A stretch of DNA of 64,000 nt, from assembly GCF_009914755.1 (NCBI RefSeq), contig NC_060929.1. The stretch is one strand, 5' to 3'. The first letter of the stretch is position 1, and every line of letters starts with the position of its first letter. Shown piece after piece: positions 27,701 through 42,100 of this stretch. Below the pieces are notes generated by a model. That model searched no databases. It worked only from the letters and a program-made list of their open reading frames with translations, and was not told the DNA's origin. A program made the position numbers and the translations under genes. The stretch is from the human T2T-CHM13v2.0 reference genome, Homo sapiens.

Positions 27701-27814
27701 TGTTCATTCATTATCCATCCATCAGCAAATTTACCAATTGTCTACTACATAACAGGTATTGTTGTAATCACAAATCCCTACCCTTGAGGGATGGGTAGGG
27801 TAGGGATTTTTGTT

Positions 27815-27820
<6 letters not shown>

Positions 27821-27845
<25 letters not shown>
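27821..27845. repeat. (AC)n microsatellite
   Basis: Direct observation. Confidence 0.97.
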
Positions 27846-27879
27846 TTTTGCACGCGTGCAAAAAAAAATTAACAAATCA

Positions 27880-28200
27880 AGGTCTATTCAGGAAATAGAT
27901 GGCTCAGTCAAGCAGGGTAATTGATTGAAGAGAGCTTAATTAAGGAACTAATTATAAATGTGCTACAGGATTATAGGAACCCAGAAGGGTGTGGTGAAAT
28001 ACCTTGTGGCTAGCAATAGCAGAGAACTGTTACCACTCTAGACCTCAAGGGTTAGGGGAAGAGAACAATCACCTGAACTAAGTTAGAAAGATCTATAGCT
28101 ATGGGAAGGCACTGTCCTGTAAGAGTTGTAGCCATGAGAGAAGAAATGACCGCTATCCAAGAGCAGCACAGCAGGAAGGCAGAAGAGGGGTACTCTAACC
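27880..28200. mobile_element. ERVL-class LTR fragment (LTR40-like)
   Basis: caggaaatagatggc...gctagcaatagcagagaactgttaccact; assigned from recalled consensus. Confidence 0.45.
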
Positions 28201-28229
28201 TCATCAATTTCCCATTTGGAAAGCCATGG

Positions 28230-28495
28230 AAATAATCCAGAGGAGAGATGATGGCAGCTTGAATCAGGTGACAGATGAAGTGTGAGAAATGACTGGGTTC
28301 TAGATATATTTTGAAAACAAAGAAGACAAGACTTTATGATGAATTTGATAAAGATTATGAGAGAAATAGAAGAGTTAGGAATGACTTTGAGGCTTTTGGC
28401 ATAAGCAGTTAGAAAGATGGGGCTGCCAATTACCAAAATCAAGAAGGCTAAAGAAGGAACAGGTTTGAGGTACATAAAACACTCAATAAATGATC
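28230..28495 (-). mobile_element. L2 fragment
   Basis: aataatccagaggagagatgatggcagcttg...gatatattttgaa. Confidence 0.7.
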
Positions 28496-29289
28496 ACTGC
28501 TCCACCATCATCATTTTGTGATAATAAACAGATGAAGCATGAGTCAAATACCTTCATGCTTCCTTATTGGAAGCTTTTTTCCAGCTTTTAACAATCAGAT
28601 GATTTAGTTCTATCTCATTTGTCCAGTCTGATAGTTCTTGTTCTTCAAATTTATCATGCTGCCCTAGTTGGGAAACCTATTTTATCCCTTCACATTTTAA
28701 GTGTACATTTTTTTTTTCTTTACATGGATGCCTTACTTTTGACCTGTAGAGATTCTTCTCAGCTTTCAAAGTCTAACTCAGATACTGTTTAATACATGGA
28801 AATTTTTCTAATTATATCATTGCTGTTCAGCCAACAAGGCTACAAGAAAGATTTATAAATTATACATGTTTGTAATATTTCTTATCCAAAGGTGAAGATT
28901 CTTGTTTGCTGAGCTAGGACCAGGAATTTTTTTGGAGGGTCAGACACCAAGTAATTGGCAGAACAAAAAAGAAAAGTATGGAATCCAGAGAGGCTAAACT
29001 TATTTATGTAATAAAGAGCAGAGATAGATTGAAGCGGGAGTGGAAATGATTGAGAGAGTGTACATGAGAGTGGAATTAATTTTTTGGGAGGAGGAGAGAG
29101 GATAGAATGGGGTGGAGAGAGAGAGAGAGAGAGACTGGAACAGCCATCATGCTTGTGAGAGCAATAGAAACTGAGAGGATAGGAAAAGGGAATTCTTAAA
29201 AAGTATTGCTGATGTTTAAGAGTGTGTTTCCATGGTTCTTTTTTTTTTCAGCTGAAGATACTGAGTGAAGATTGAAATACTTTCATTTA

Positions 29290-30400
29290 TTTGCAGGATA
29301 TCTGTCTCGTTAAGTAAAACTCTGTAAGTAGACTAACTATGTGGAGTCCTAATTTTAATATTACCAGGTCATCAGGGTGAGTCTCAGTAAAAAGGTCATT
29401 GCAGAAAAAATTTAAATTTAAAAGTGGTGAAAGAGTAGCCACCCAGTGGACATCTTGGGATAGAGCATTCTGGGTGGAGGTAAAGGGCTGTATAAAGACC
29501 CTAAGTTGGGAGTATGCCAATGTTTTTGAAAAATATTAAAGAGGAATAGGAGTGAGGTAGTGCCTCAGCATGAGCAAGAATTGGAGAAGTTATAGATGAG
29601 TTAGAGATGTAATGGGGTCAGATCATATAGGTCCCTGTAGGTCATTGTACAGATTTTGGCTTTTAATTTGAATGGGAAGTCATCAAGGTTTTGAGTAGAG
29701 GGGTGACATAGTCTGATTCATGTTCTCAGAGCATCACTCAGATGAATTGAGAATAGACTATGAAGTGAGAATAAGGCTAAAACCTGAAAGAACAGTTAAG
29801 AGACTGTTGTAGAATGTTGTCGTTGTTGTAGAATCAACTGGATGATTGCTCAGACCTTAGTGGTAACAGTGGACTTAATGAAAAGTGGTTGGCTTCTGGA
29901 CAAATTTTGAAAGTAAATCCGGCAGTTTCGATGACAAACTAGTTTGGGCGTCTGGAAAAAAGAGGAGAATTGAGGACAATTCCAAGGTTTTCGGTCCTAG
30001 TAATTGGAAAGATGTAGATACTTTTAACTAAAAGTGGGAGGCTGCTAGTGGAATGGATTTTTGCTATAGATGATGGGGTTGGAGAGAAGGGGGAACATTT
30101 GCAGTCTTTTAGGGTCAAAATCCATCTCAGATTTGAGATCCCTTAGTAAACATGTGTAGTAGGCAAGTGGACATATGAATCTGGGGTTTAGGAGAGAGGC
30201 CTAGATGGAGATGTAAGTAATTTTGGAGTCATTGACATAATTTTAAGTAATTGATATTTAAAGCCATGAGACTCGATGGGATTACCAAATGTGTGTGTAT
30301 GGATAAAGAAGAAAGAAAACAGAACTAAAGCTGAACTCTGAAGCATTCCAATGATAAGAGGTCAGGTCAATGTGGAGGAAGCAACATGCCATATATTTGC
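29290..30400 (-). mobile_element. L2 fragment
   Basis: gtaggtcattgtacagattttggcttt...gatatttaaagccatgagact. Confidence 0.8.
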
Positions 30401-30540
30401 ATTCCTACCGAATACACGGTTGGTACTCAATACTATATGCTGTTTGTTTAGAATTTGGTACAATAAAAATGAGTTCTCCAACAGTCAGATAGAATTGCCA
30501 GAGATTTCAAATGACCGCTTTTATCCTATCTGCTTTTTTC

Positions 30541-30833
30541 TTTTTCCTTCTTTATTTTGAGACAGGGTCTCACTCTGTTGCCCAGGCTAGAGTGCAGTGT
30601 GTGATCATAGCTCACTGCAGCCTCAAACTCCTGGGCTCAAGTGATCCTCCCACCTCAGCCTCTTGAGTAGGTAGGACTAAAAGCATGCACCACACCCAGC
30701 TAATTTTTAAAATTTTTGGTAAAGCCAGAGTCTCATGTTGCCTAGACTAGTCTCAAACTCCTGGCCTCAGGTGATCCTCCCACCCCAGCCTCCCAAAGTG
30801 CTGGGATTATAGGCAGGAGCCACCATGCCCAGC
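30541..30833 (-). mobile_element. AluJ
   Basis: gagacagggtctcactctg...tgcagcctcaaactcctgggctcaag. Confidence 0.95.
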
Positions 30834-30981
30834 TCTCTCTGCCTCTTTTTTTTAATTGCCTTTCTCCACCCTTTTTGATTCTACTTTAACAAAGAAAATG
30901 TTTACTACAAATGCAAGTGAGGTCAGCACTGGTTCCATATTCCTCTTGAGTAATACCTTCTACATTAAAAATATGATTGTT

Positions 30982-31424
<443 letters not shown>

Positions 31425-32139
31425 ATTGTTTTCAGTCTACTTCCTATTGTCCCCATTAGTCCTGGTAAAACTTGGGGGAAATTCAAAGTAGTTCCACCTG
31501 ACAAAAGATTTGTATAACCTACTCTAAATCATTTCAACTGTGTCCTCCATTGGAAGGGAAAAAAAGTAATGCACAAACACCAAAATGATACTTGCAACTA
31601 TGATTTAATGAGTACTTACCAGGTGCCCAGCACTGGGCTAAGTGCTTTCTTGCTTAATTCTTTCCTTTACCAAATGAGGTAGGCAATATTGGAACAGTAA
31701 TGGACTTCAGGAATGTACAAGGGAAAATGGCCTATCTAATATAATAAACACTTATGAATGTACTAGGATTGTTATACACCCATGATTTGTGTCTGGTGGG
31801 CAGGCATACACAACCAGGGCAGAAAACTCAAGTGGGAAGGTATAAAAACACTCAAGAGAACAGCAGAAGCAAGCTTCACACTTTGCAGAATTTTCTCATG
31901 GTGGCAGCGGGAGTTGTGCAATTCTTTGGCAATTTTTATGACCTCATGGGGACACAAAGACCTGAGAAGCCAATATTCTCAACTGGGAGCCTCCTGCCTT
32001 GTCTTCTATTTTGTATAATGTGTCCATAATTTATGTTTCCATTTCCATAAAGAAAGTTTATGTCCTTTCAGTGTTCTTGTTGGCATTTTTTCATCAACCA
32101 TACCATCATCTTGTTGTGACAACCAAGCAATTTCAATCC

Positions 32140-32275
32140 CCATTCTTCTATGATGGAATAGAGGCTCAAAGTGCATAAAAACTTTGCTGAAGATCACACA
32201 GGTACTAAGTAGGGGAGCCAGGTTTGACTCAGGTCTGCATGATTCCAGAGTCCAAGCTCTGAACCTCTGCTTATA
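32140..32275 (-). mobile_element. MIR fragment
   Basis: gaggctcaaag...aagatcacacag...gattccagagtccaagctct. Confidence 0.65.
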
Positions 32276-32449
32276 TTTCCCTTCTAAAAATGGACTGTGA
32301 ACTTGGTATATGCTTGCAGATCCTGTAGAATTCTTCAGTTTCTGTTAGTCAGTTACCAAATGAACAGAAAAACAACATGGAGCCATTTTCACCTTCAAGA
32401 CAGAGTGAATTCACAATGTTCTTGTCTGCACAATGTACTAGTCATACCT

Positions 32450-33010
32450 GTTCCATAAAGATGAACATCACATGGGATCACAGGTAAAGAACCTCTACAG
32501 TTATTGTTGGGGAAGCAAGACATAGGAGTTGCTATGTCTGAGAGGTAAGATTTTATAAGTATTTAAATTTAGAAAAGATGTAGGTAGAGAGAAATGGGGG
32601 TTTCCTACTTACAGGAGAAAGAACATATGTGGAGGCAGGAAGAATATGTAGTGTAGTTAAAAAAAGCAAATGATCCCCTACTTATAGGTTATCCTCAAAG
32701 AAGCAGACACCTGGGTAGCATGATTAACCCCTTCATCAAGTGAGGGCATTGATGCAAATGAAAAAAGTAGAAGAGCAATGGCAAACAGGGCTGAGAGTTG
32801 GATTGTGGTCATATCCCACAGGAGCTTGAATGTTAGGCTGAGGGCTGTAGTGTTCCCAGGTGGGTGATGCAACATCATTAAGGGACTAAGTACCTGAATG
32901 ATATGATCAGTATTGTTCTATAATCATAACATATAGAATGGATCCAGACTGGGAGAGAGGAGGTGACCAGGAAGACCAATGGGAAGGCTGTTACAATAGT
33001 TCATATGGAG
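32450..33010 (-). mobile_element. Degraded L2
   Basis: ggaaggctgttacaatagttca and other purine-rich L2-like motifs. Confidence 0.45.
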
Positions 33011-34484
33011 TTATACAGTGTTGGGATAAAATTTTGCATAGTAGGTAACTGGAAAATGACTACCGAGGGAAGGAAGCACCTTTATGCCCATAAATATAAA
33101 TGTCCCAAATTGAACACATTCTAGGAAAATTACGTAATATTCTACAACATAGAATATAATGTTATTTAATTTGAAAGTTATAAAATTATAACTTCTTTCC
33201 TCTATGCCAGACATAAAGTGGAATCTAGTGCCTTTTCCTCTGCTTCAGAATCATGTTGAACACATCACTGGTCCTCAAAGCTGTCACTATGAAATCTTAC
33301 CCTAAACAGTTCAGTGTCCCTTTAAGATTTAACTCTCATTATAAATTAGTATCAATATCTTCACGCTGTTTACACTAATTGGAAATTGCCTCCAACATGA
33401 ATCAATGTTTAGAACGTCCTTTTTAGTGTTTGCACAACAAATGGAAAGTAACGTGTTCCCGGGGAAAATTTTTATTTACAAAGTGCTAAAGTTAAGTTTT
33501 ATTTATCTAAAATGTAGTAAAAAAAATCACAGGACAGTAAGGCTTATGAACTGAAACAATCTATCATCTAGTTCTGTTTAATGACAAATTGCTTAAGAAC
33601 ATCGAATGTGTTTTCTCTGAAAAAAAAGGAAAGAAGGAATAAAAGAAATATTTATTTGAAAAGGAGAAGAAGAAAAATATGAACATGGACCATTGCTTTA
33701 GAATTCTCTTTCAGATTTAATATTTCCCATTATCAGCTTATACAGGCTAATTTCAAACAGCTATCTTCCTGTCTATAGTACCGGGATGGTGCATTTGTAA
33801 CATAGCAACATGTCTTTAGAAATACACAGGCCTCCTACTATAGGCAGAGACCAAATGTGCCCTTACTGAAGAGCATTTTTCAACAGCTCTGATGAAAATG
33901 ACTGAAAAGATTGATTACTTTGGAAATAGAAGTCTGGAAGTTTAGGTCATGGTAAATAAATGTTTTCAAGCTTAAGGATTTGTAGTGAGTATATATATAT
34001 TTAAAAAAGTCCAACATTTATTGAGGGACCATATATAGAAGAAAACTCAAATTTGTTCTGTCTTAAAAGGATTTTTTTCCTAAGCAGAATATTTTATTTT
34101 GCATTAACCCTGGCAACCACAGTTATGTTTACTTTATTGACAAATGAGATCAAACCATTGGATATGCACATATTGTTCCCAAATGCGCTTAATTTAGGGT
34201 ACTCATTTAATGAATATTCAGCTTTCATTCAAGAGACTGAATTCCATAGAGCAGTTAAGATAAACTCTCATTTCAAGGCTTTTCTTTATCCCTAAGGCAC
34301 ATATGAATACACTCTAATACACTCTAATAATACAGCTCATTCTTCTGAAACTAAACCTCTTGAAACATATATATATAGATAGTTATAAAATTACCTGAGA
34401 AGCCTAAGCCAGAAGTCTTAAAGCCGTCTCTAACTCCTTGGCCTTAACATACACTTGGTCACTGAGGCCTATCTATTTTGATTT

Positions 34485-34985
34485 CTGTAGCAGACAAACA
34501 GTAGTGATTTTCTACCCAATAGCTGTTTTTGGCTTTCTTTCTTTCTTCTAAGAAAATTCCATTTTTCTTCAAGTACTTAGTGGCCATGCACTTCAGGAGA
34601 GACTGGATGAATCTTGATTAGTCTAAGCCAATCATATTCTTTCCACTCCCCTTGCAAGGGATTGGTCCAGAAATGGGCATGTGATAAAATTCTGGCTTAT
34701 CAAATGAGGGGACATTTGTTAATAAAAGCATGTGGAATTAAATAGCTTCTTATCTTTGGATCAATGTTGATGAATCTGCATGTGATGACCGTATTAACAG
34801 CAGCCACATTGGGACCAGGAGGGAAGTAGGTCCAAGGGAACAAGTTAGACCACAGAGAGAAAAATCAGTAAGATAACTGAGCCACTAATTTAACCAACCT
34901 AAGAATTTCTATACCTCATAACGTTTTCTTATTGTTTAAGCAGTTTTAATTGGATCTTCTCTAACTTGCAGTGGAAAGTATCTTA
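34485..34985 (+). mobile_element. Old MaLR LTR (MLT1J/K-like) inserted in L2
   Basis: gattagtctaagccaatca...gggcatgtga...ttgtttaagc...aacttgcagtggaaagtatc. Confidence 0.65.
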
Positions 34986-34999
34986 AGAGTTTCTTGACT

Positions 35000-35640
35000 A
35001 TCTCCCTTCAGTCTTCTCTTTCTTTTCCCTCATACTGCTTGAGCTCACCTTTCCTCTTTTGGATGTGTGCAATGTCCTCCTGATCTTCCTGCCTCCAAAT
35101 CTTCTTCCAACTCCTTCTCCCCACTCCCACCAGAAACATTATTCTAACATGTAGCAATCTATGTCTTTTCCCTAAATTCCAAACTTTACATACAGTTCTC
35201 TGTGCCAGGGTCCCAGCCTCAAGTCCTATATTCTCCTGCATGCGTGGTGTTAACATGTTTACAAAACTACTCATGGTTTCTCAAATGTACCATGTAGCAT
35301 ACCCATAGCACCTTTATGCCTGTTTTCTTCTCCACTGAAATGGTCTTCCCATCGTGCCTATTAGGCACTCATTTTTCTTGACCTCTGATCATTCTTTCCC
35401 TATTAGATTTATTCATTGCTTCTTTCATGCTACCATTTTACACTGTGCATCTAGTATTGTAATTATCGCAATGCATTATGAATTTATGTGTCTCTCTACT
35501 TGTCTATGACCTCTTGGAGAAGAGATGTGTAGTTCATGATTGCATCCTTAGCACCTAATATACATCTTGGCCAGATTATCAGCATATGATTTTTGAATGA
35601 AGGTAAAAAAAGAAGGGAGGAAGGAAGAAGAGCATTCATG
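35000..35640 (+). mobile_element. L2 3' fragment
   Basis: Pyrimidine-rich body, ends ...tttttgaatgaa. Confidence 0.55.
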
Positions 35641-35739
35641 TATGAAGCCTGCCATCAAGTGAAAAAAGTCTTCAGCATCTGAATGCCCTTTATAGGCTGT
35701 TGTCTATGATTATGGAATAACAACAGAGTGGTAGCAGCA

Positions 35740-35975
35740 GTATCAGCGTTGACATTGTGCTTACTGAACATTTTATCAGCACAATGCTAAATGTTTTATA
35801 CATGAGATTTTTTTCATTTAGGTTTTATAACACAATGAAGAATATTCTATTTTTTAAAATCATCCTCGGATGACAGAAAAAGCCCTGAGGCTTAATGATT
35901 CACTTCAAAGTAAGTGAGCTGCAGAGCCAGGATTCAAACTCACGTCTGACTCTGGAACTCTTAACCAAGATGCTC
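35740..35975 (-). mobile_element. MIR
   Basis: gcagagccaggattcaaactc...tctgactctgga. Confidence 0.65.
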
Positions 35976-38900
35976 TTTCAGTGATCTGTAAGTATGTTAT
36001 CCTCTATTTGTTTGAGACACATGTTGTTCATACCAAAGAGTGGCCGGTGGGGACGGCGGGGTGGGTATCTAAGCCTGAACCCCTTAGCTGGTGGTCTCTC
36101 TGTAATCTTGACTGTCTCTATCAAAATCGCCATTAGAGAGAACTGGGATTTCTGAAAGATTAGGTACTATTATGTGGTTTTACATGGCAGCAATTTCTTC
36201 TGGCTGTCAACATGAAATTCCCTGTTCAGTATTATAGTACACTAGGGTCAGCTAAGCAAATAACCCCATGAAACATATATGTATATATGCTTATCTACCA
36301 TCCAGGTAACTAATAGTGTGGGTGCAGGGAATTGTAAGATGGAACAAAATGAACAGCATGCTGGACTAGCCAACCACAACTCACTGTTAAAGCTTTCCTT
36401 GAGAATGAGCCCAACAGCTCTGAAAGACTTCCAGAAAAATACACCAGAAAGAATTCAACCTCCTTAGAGAAGATAACATCACCTCTATAGAAGGACTTCT
36501 CCAATATTCTCAGGCTTTAAATGGACCCATCACTTCTACTAGAACCTAACCCCATTCCGAGACAGAGCTTAATGTTCTGGCTACTCCACAATGAGGACAG
36601 TCCTTCTCACAGTCTCCAGGGACTTCATTCATCAGTTCTGAGTTGCTGCTCATTATCACATGCAGGTACTGTGCAAGAGCTGTTTAGAGCTAATGCAAAC
36701 ACTGTCTGTACCCCAAGGAGCTGGAAGTCTGGAATACGCTTTTGTCTTTCCAAAGGTGGGGAAAGTGTCATTTAAAAATTGTCAGAAGTGCTCACTCATT
36801 GGACATGGAAACACCTATGAAGCTCACTTTGCGTTGAGGAATCCCCCATAACATAATGGGTACTTATATTAACCCAAGACAATTTCATGGTTCTTGCGAA
36901 AACCTGCAAGATCATCACTGACCTGAATGCAGATCCTTCTGCATTCTGCAGACTGAGATAGTGACTCATCTGTTTACTGAGCTAAATTGGGCCTGTTTAT
37001 AAGAAATGTACACTTACAGAGTTAAAGGACTGTGTAAGTTTCTTACAGGTATGGATTTCAGTTAGTTTGTCCATGATCATTTGTATTTATTTTTGGGAAA
37101 TAAGAGGTTTAAAAAGATAACCAGAAAACCACAAAAAATATAGTGAGCACTTTATGAGAGAGACTTTTATAATTTCATGGGAATTTAGAGGGATAAATCG
37201 CTTCTAACTGATGGAATCACTCAGACTAATTTATAGGGAGGTTGCCATACTGGCAACCTGAGGTTTTTTATCTGTATCTATCTGATGGATACTAGGTAGA
37301 GAAAATTACGTGAGTAAGGCATGGAAATATGGAAGCACGAGTGTTTAGGTAATGTCATCAGAGTTGTAGTTCAGCTTGGATATTCAGAACCGGAAAAGGA
37401 GATGAAAAAGAGAGGTTCTGCCAGGGTGTGTTTGGTCAGTATCATTTCCCATGCGTATAAACCTAGCCCATTCTGTAAGTCAGCGGTGGAAGAGAAAACA
37501 GCTAAAGTGGCTGGGTCCTCTGGCTTTTATTTAGCATCTGGCTCTTTTCTGGATCAGCATTTCACACAATTTGTTCAAGGTTTATGATTTTATAATATTC
37601 TTGCGCTATTGTCACTGTTGATGAATTTCCTCCAAACTCTAGTTATTCAATACCTCTCTGATCTTAAAAAATTCCTCTTTATCCTCACTCTGTAATTATA
37701 TGTGAGTTCAGAACACCTAGTTTATGACCTAATCAATGGAAATTTGAATATGCTGGGACTGAGAGGGTCCTGACAAGAGCAGGTAAAAGCCAACAATCTT
37801 CTTATGTGGTTCTCCATCAACGTGGTGCTTTGAAAAAAAAATTCTATTCCACTCCTCTCCGCTAGCCATTTTCCATTAGCCATTTTTGCTCTGTCTAAAG
37901 CTTCAGTGGTTCCCCACCTTGAAGTGGGTATTTGTTGCTTTCAGGACACTCAACAACCTTTTCCTCTTCCTTACAATACTTCCATTTTCATTAGGAATTT
38001 AACTCTTTTCCATTGGGTATTGTGATGAAATGGTAAATCTATGGGCCTACTACAAACTAAGGAAGCAAAAGAGGTTCCTGGAAGTTCTCTCTGAGGAATT
38101 TTTTCTTTTACTACCCTGGTTTGACTAGGAGACAGATAGGTGACTAGAGTTCAGCCAATCAGTCGCTTCCTTCTAAAATCAACTCTTGAGTTCTTACTGT
38201 AAAGACAGAAAAAAAAAAAAAAGGCTAGAGATCATTGACTGCAGGAAGTGGCCTCCTGTTAGAATACCATGACTGTATTCCCTACTTCCTTCCCATTTCC
38301 AAGTGTAAGTCTTCAATTTCCCATCAGTAGCTTTTTTTGTTTGTTTTTGTTTTTGATTCCTTAAGCATACTTAAGGCCTTTGCACTTACTCTTCCTTCTA
38401 GTTGACACCCTCCCCCTAAAATCTTTGGCAATGCATAAGTTAACTAAAAAGGTTTCTCACTTTCCCAGGCAATTATTTAGAATTATTCTAAGAAGTTAAA
38501 TTATTGGAAGTATGAGAGAAATTTCAAAGCTAGTAACATAGTGCCATCTAAAATATTAAATTATAACACTGTAAAACATGGAATATTATATATCCAGTTC
38601 TTTAGATGTTATTTTTCCTGATTCAAGCTCAATATTCCCTACTATCTACATAAATTATGCCTGCAGGACCTAAGTTTTATTATATTTATTTATTTATTTT
38701 ACCTAATTAAGGTGTTATTCAAATAAATACTCTATGTATCTTCTAGGCTTCCCTGTCCCTATGCCTCAGCTCTGCTATTTGTTTCATGCCAAATATTTTT
38801 ATCTCCTTCTTTCCCTCTCTTTTCTATATATATATATTTCTAAATTAAAGCCCGTTTTTTTTCCTGCAAACCTTTCATGGCCAGCCACTCAGAGACGTTT

Positions 38901-41019
38901 TCTGAGTTCCCTGTGCACTTTATTGCTACAGGACTTAATACAAGATTGGAAGTCCTATTTGCATGCATATTTTACATCCCCTGCTAGACTATAAGCATTT
39001 CACTATGGGTGCAGAGAAGGGGTCTTTGTTTTTCCATCACTGAAATGCCTAACATTAAAATTTTTTTTTGGCTACCTCTTCTATGCCAGGCATTATTCTT
39101 GGTGTTTCAATTACAAAAGGAAATCAAGCAATGCTGGCTACTCTCATAAGCCACATGTGAAATGGAGAGGTTCTGTGGGTAGAACATATCCAATATTTTT
39201 ACCTTTTAAAAAAATTTAGAACTGACAATCTAGCAGTAGAAAAATACATATACACCAAACTACACAAGAGAACTATTGAGAGAAAATAAATATTAAAGAC
39301 AGAGGAATTTTATATAAGAAAATTCTCTAAAAGAGAAGGGGGTTGAGGTAAGCCTCATGGAGAAAGCATGGTAGTTTGTATATAATAATATTTAGTGTAT
39401 ATTTGTAAAGGAAAGGGATATGCATAAATGTATTTAACAAATTGCCTTTTGTTTAGTTTTGTGTTGAAAGAGAGAACAGTGCCTCAGATGATGCAGAGTC
39501 AGAGATCATCTCTCCCCAAAGTTACATTTTGGTTTTGAAGTATACTACATGATTTATTTACTGATTATTTCTGGTACATATTTCTCTGAAATCAACTTTA
39601 ATGTCTGAGGAATATATCAAATGAGGAAAATCATTCTGGGGCTAAAATATACCATGGAAGATTCCCTTAGTGGTCAATTAGGATTGACTATTCCTAGCTA
39701 TAAAGAGAAAAGAAAAAGAATATAGAAAATAAGGCTCTAAGTAAGTCTCAGAGCATTGGTCCTGGAGTGAAACCATGAGGACCATCTCTTCAACTCCATT
39801 TTCACAAGACCTCTACATGCCTTGTATCTGCAGATAGGCGGTGATGAAGAAATATACATGCTTTTGAGAGCTCAGCTGTTTACAAGGAATTCAGTGGATC
39901 TGAGCAATAGTAGTTTAACTTGAAATGCCAAGTTAATTTTTTTTTTTTTCTAATCAGAGGTAGATCTATCTTTATCTTGGTAGGTCTACCATGTTTATTT
40001 TCAATTGATCAATAGTGACACCTGCTGGCTCAGGAAGAGACACTTGCCTAATGTGACTATAGGACTGAAATAACTGTGGGAAATAGTGGATATAGTTAGC
40101 TCATCAATCCTAAAAACCAAAATGGAACAACCTTAAGACCAAGCTGATTATTGTGTGGAAATTCTCAAGATGATCACAAAAATGAGTCATTATTGGGATG
40201 TAGACTTGATGGTGGTGAAATATGATCTAAGACTTGAGTAATCCTTGGAGGAGAGGCAAAGTAATCCTATTCTAGCTGCCTCTCCTAGCCTCACTTCTGG
40301 ATTAGGGACAGCACTTTCCAATCTCTTTTCCTACCTTTAGTCTGATTTCGCTTCAACACATCTTACGAAAGACCTAGAGTAATTTCATAATCACATTCAT
40401 GCTCCAAAGCCTGAATGAAATTTATAAGAGGACAGGGAGATAATTGGTGCACAGTCACACTGTGACACACACTCAAATCCAGTGGCAGGAGCCAAGAAGC
40501 CAAAGCAAATGGCTCATCACCAGATATGCTCTGACAGGTAGAGATGCAGGTGCTCAGGATCAGAACTGACATGCTGCACAGTATAGCGCCTCTGAGGTGG
40601 CCTGGCAGATCTGTGGAGAGGGGCTCCCTCTCAAAACCCTACCCGCATGTTCCTATCCCCCTCAGTCTTTGTTGCTATTTTGAGTGCCTTTCAGGCTGCA
40701 AAGATGCCCTTGATTCCTCCAACTTTGCCTCCTTGATCTGTTTTTCCTGAGGAGAAGTGGATGCTCTGAAAGTACTTGTCCCAGTCCCCCTATTTTCCAT
40801 TTCTTTTTAGTCATCTTGGAAGGCAAATGATATCAAAGTTAAGCTAAGAAGCCAATAATTCACATGTAAATTTGCATTTTAAATGGGAGCACCTTAGCAA
40901 AGTATGTACTTAACCCAAAGCAATGCACATCTAATGTTCATTGTGCCAAGGAACAAGAAGGAGACATTCGGAGCAGGAGCAGGACCTTCTGGATGCACTG
41001 AAAATAAGTACATATAAAT

Positions 41020-41290
41020 AAGAACAATAATCATAAGTCATTCTTAATACTTACTGGGCACTCACATGTAGGAGACATAGTGCTATTCGTTTGATTCCTC
41101 TTGCTGTGTAGAAGCATCACAACAATTCTAATAGGTAGAAATTATTATGCCTAGTTTATAGATGACAATACAAATGTTCAGAAAATATAAGTAACTTGTC
41201 CAAGGTTATACAGCAAATATTGATGAGTCTGAGACGTCAACCAGGGTCTTTCTGACTTAGACTCTATATACTTAATTATGCTCTACTACA
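41020..41290 (-). mobile_element. MIR
   Basis: ttttatagatga...aagtaacttgtccaaggttatacagc. Confidence 0.75.
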
Positions 41291-41789
41291 CTTTTTTTTC
41301 AAAGGCTGGCCTGGATCATCAATGACATCTAACTGTTTAGACTAAGAGAACAAAGATATGGTCTCCATAAGTAACAGTCCAAAGGAAACATTTTACAAAA
41401 CAGGTAAGCTGCAAAGCACTGCATACATGCCAGTTATTATTACAAGAGGAAGAATGTGGCATCAAGTTTGAGCTTCTCTTTATAATTCTATAAGACAAAT
41501 GAATGAGAGAGAGAGGTTTGGCATGACAGGGAGGTGAGAAAAGGTTATATCAACAAACATAACGACTTCCTTTTGTGGAAGCATGTTCACATGAACACAA
41601 AGTATCCAGGTTGGGTTTAGCTCACTGAAACACAGTGACCCTGTTGCTCCACCTGTAATGAATCAACACAACTTATTGGGTATTTGGAGTAACCAGCATT
41701 TTATTAGGTCCTGCATGTATATGACATCACAGTTCTTTTGTAAAACATCAACAAAAAGTTGAGTAGGTTATACATTTCCCTGCTTCAAA

Positions 41790-42100
41790 TATAATTTTAA
41801 AATAATATGAAAAGGTATACACTAAGAACCTCACTCCTGTATTATTTCATTTCTCCCTGTTCCCCCTCAGCTCTCCAGATAGACATTTCAACTTCTTGTT
41901 TATTTTTCTAATGCTTCTTAATGCAAGTATAAGCAAATATAAATATACATTCTTATTTTCCCACTTGTCTAGCACAAAAGGTAGCATATACAATGATAAA
42001 ATTTCCTCATATTAACTTTTTATATGTAAACTTAGCCTAGAGATCTCTCCCTATCTAACTAATCATTGATCTACTGCATAGTATTCCAAATTCCTTTTAT
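41790..42100 (-). mobile_element. Old L1ME 3' fragment
   Basis: cacaaaaggtagcatatac...tactgcatagtattcca. Confidence 0.5.

Noticed and set aside
36043-36066. GC-box/G-rich patch as a promoter
   Set aside because: Only about 25 bp with no surrounding CpG island.
37239-37259. 9-bp hairpin (similar 8-9 bp stems at 28534-28562, 36925-36946, 50725-50741)
   Set aside because: Stems this short are expected by chance in 64 kb.
40583-40605. CTCF-like motif (gcgcctctgaggtggcc)
   Set aside because: One extra base breaks the spacing of the core on either strand; unsupported without ChIP data.
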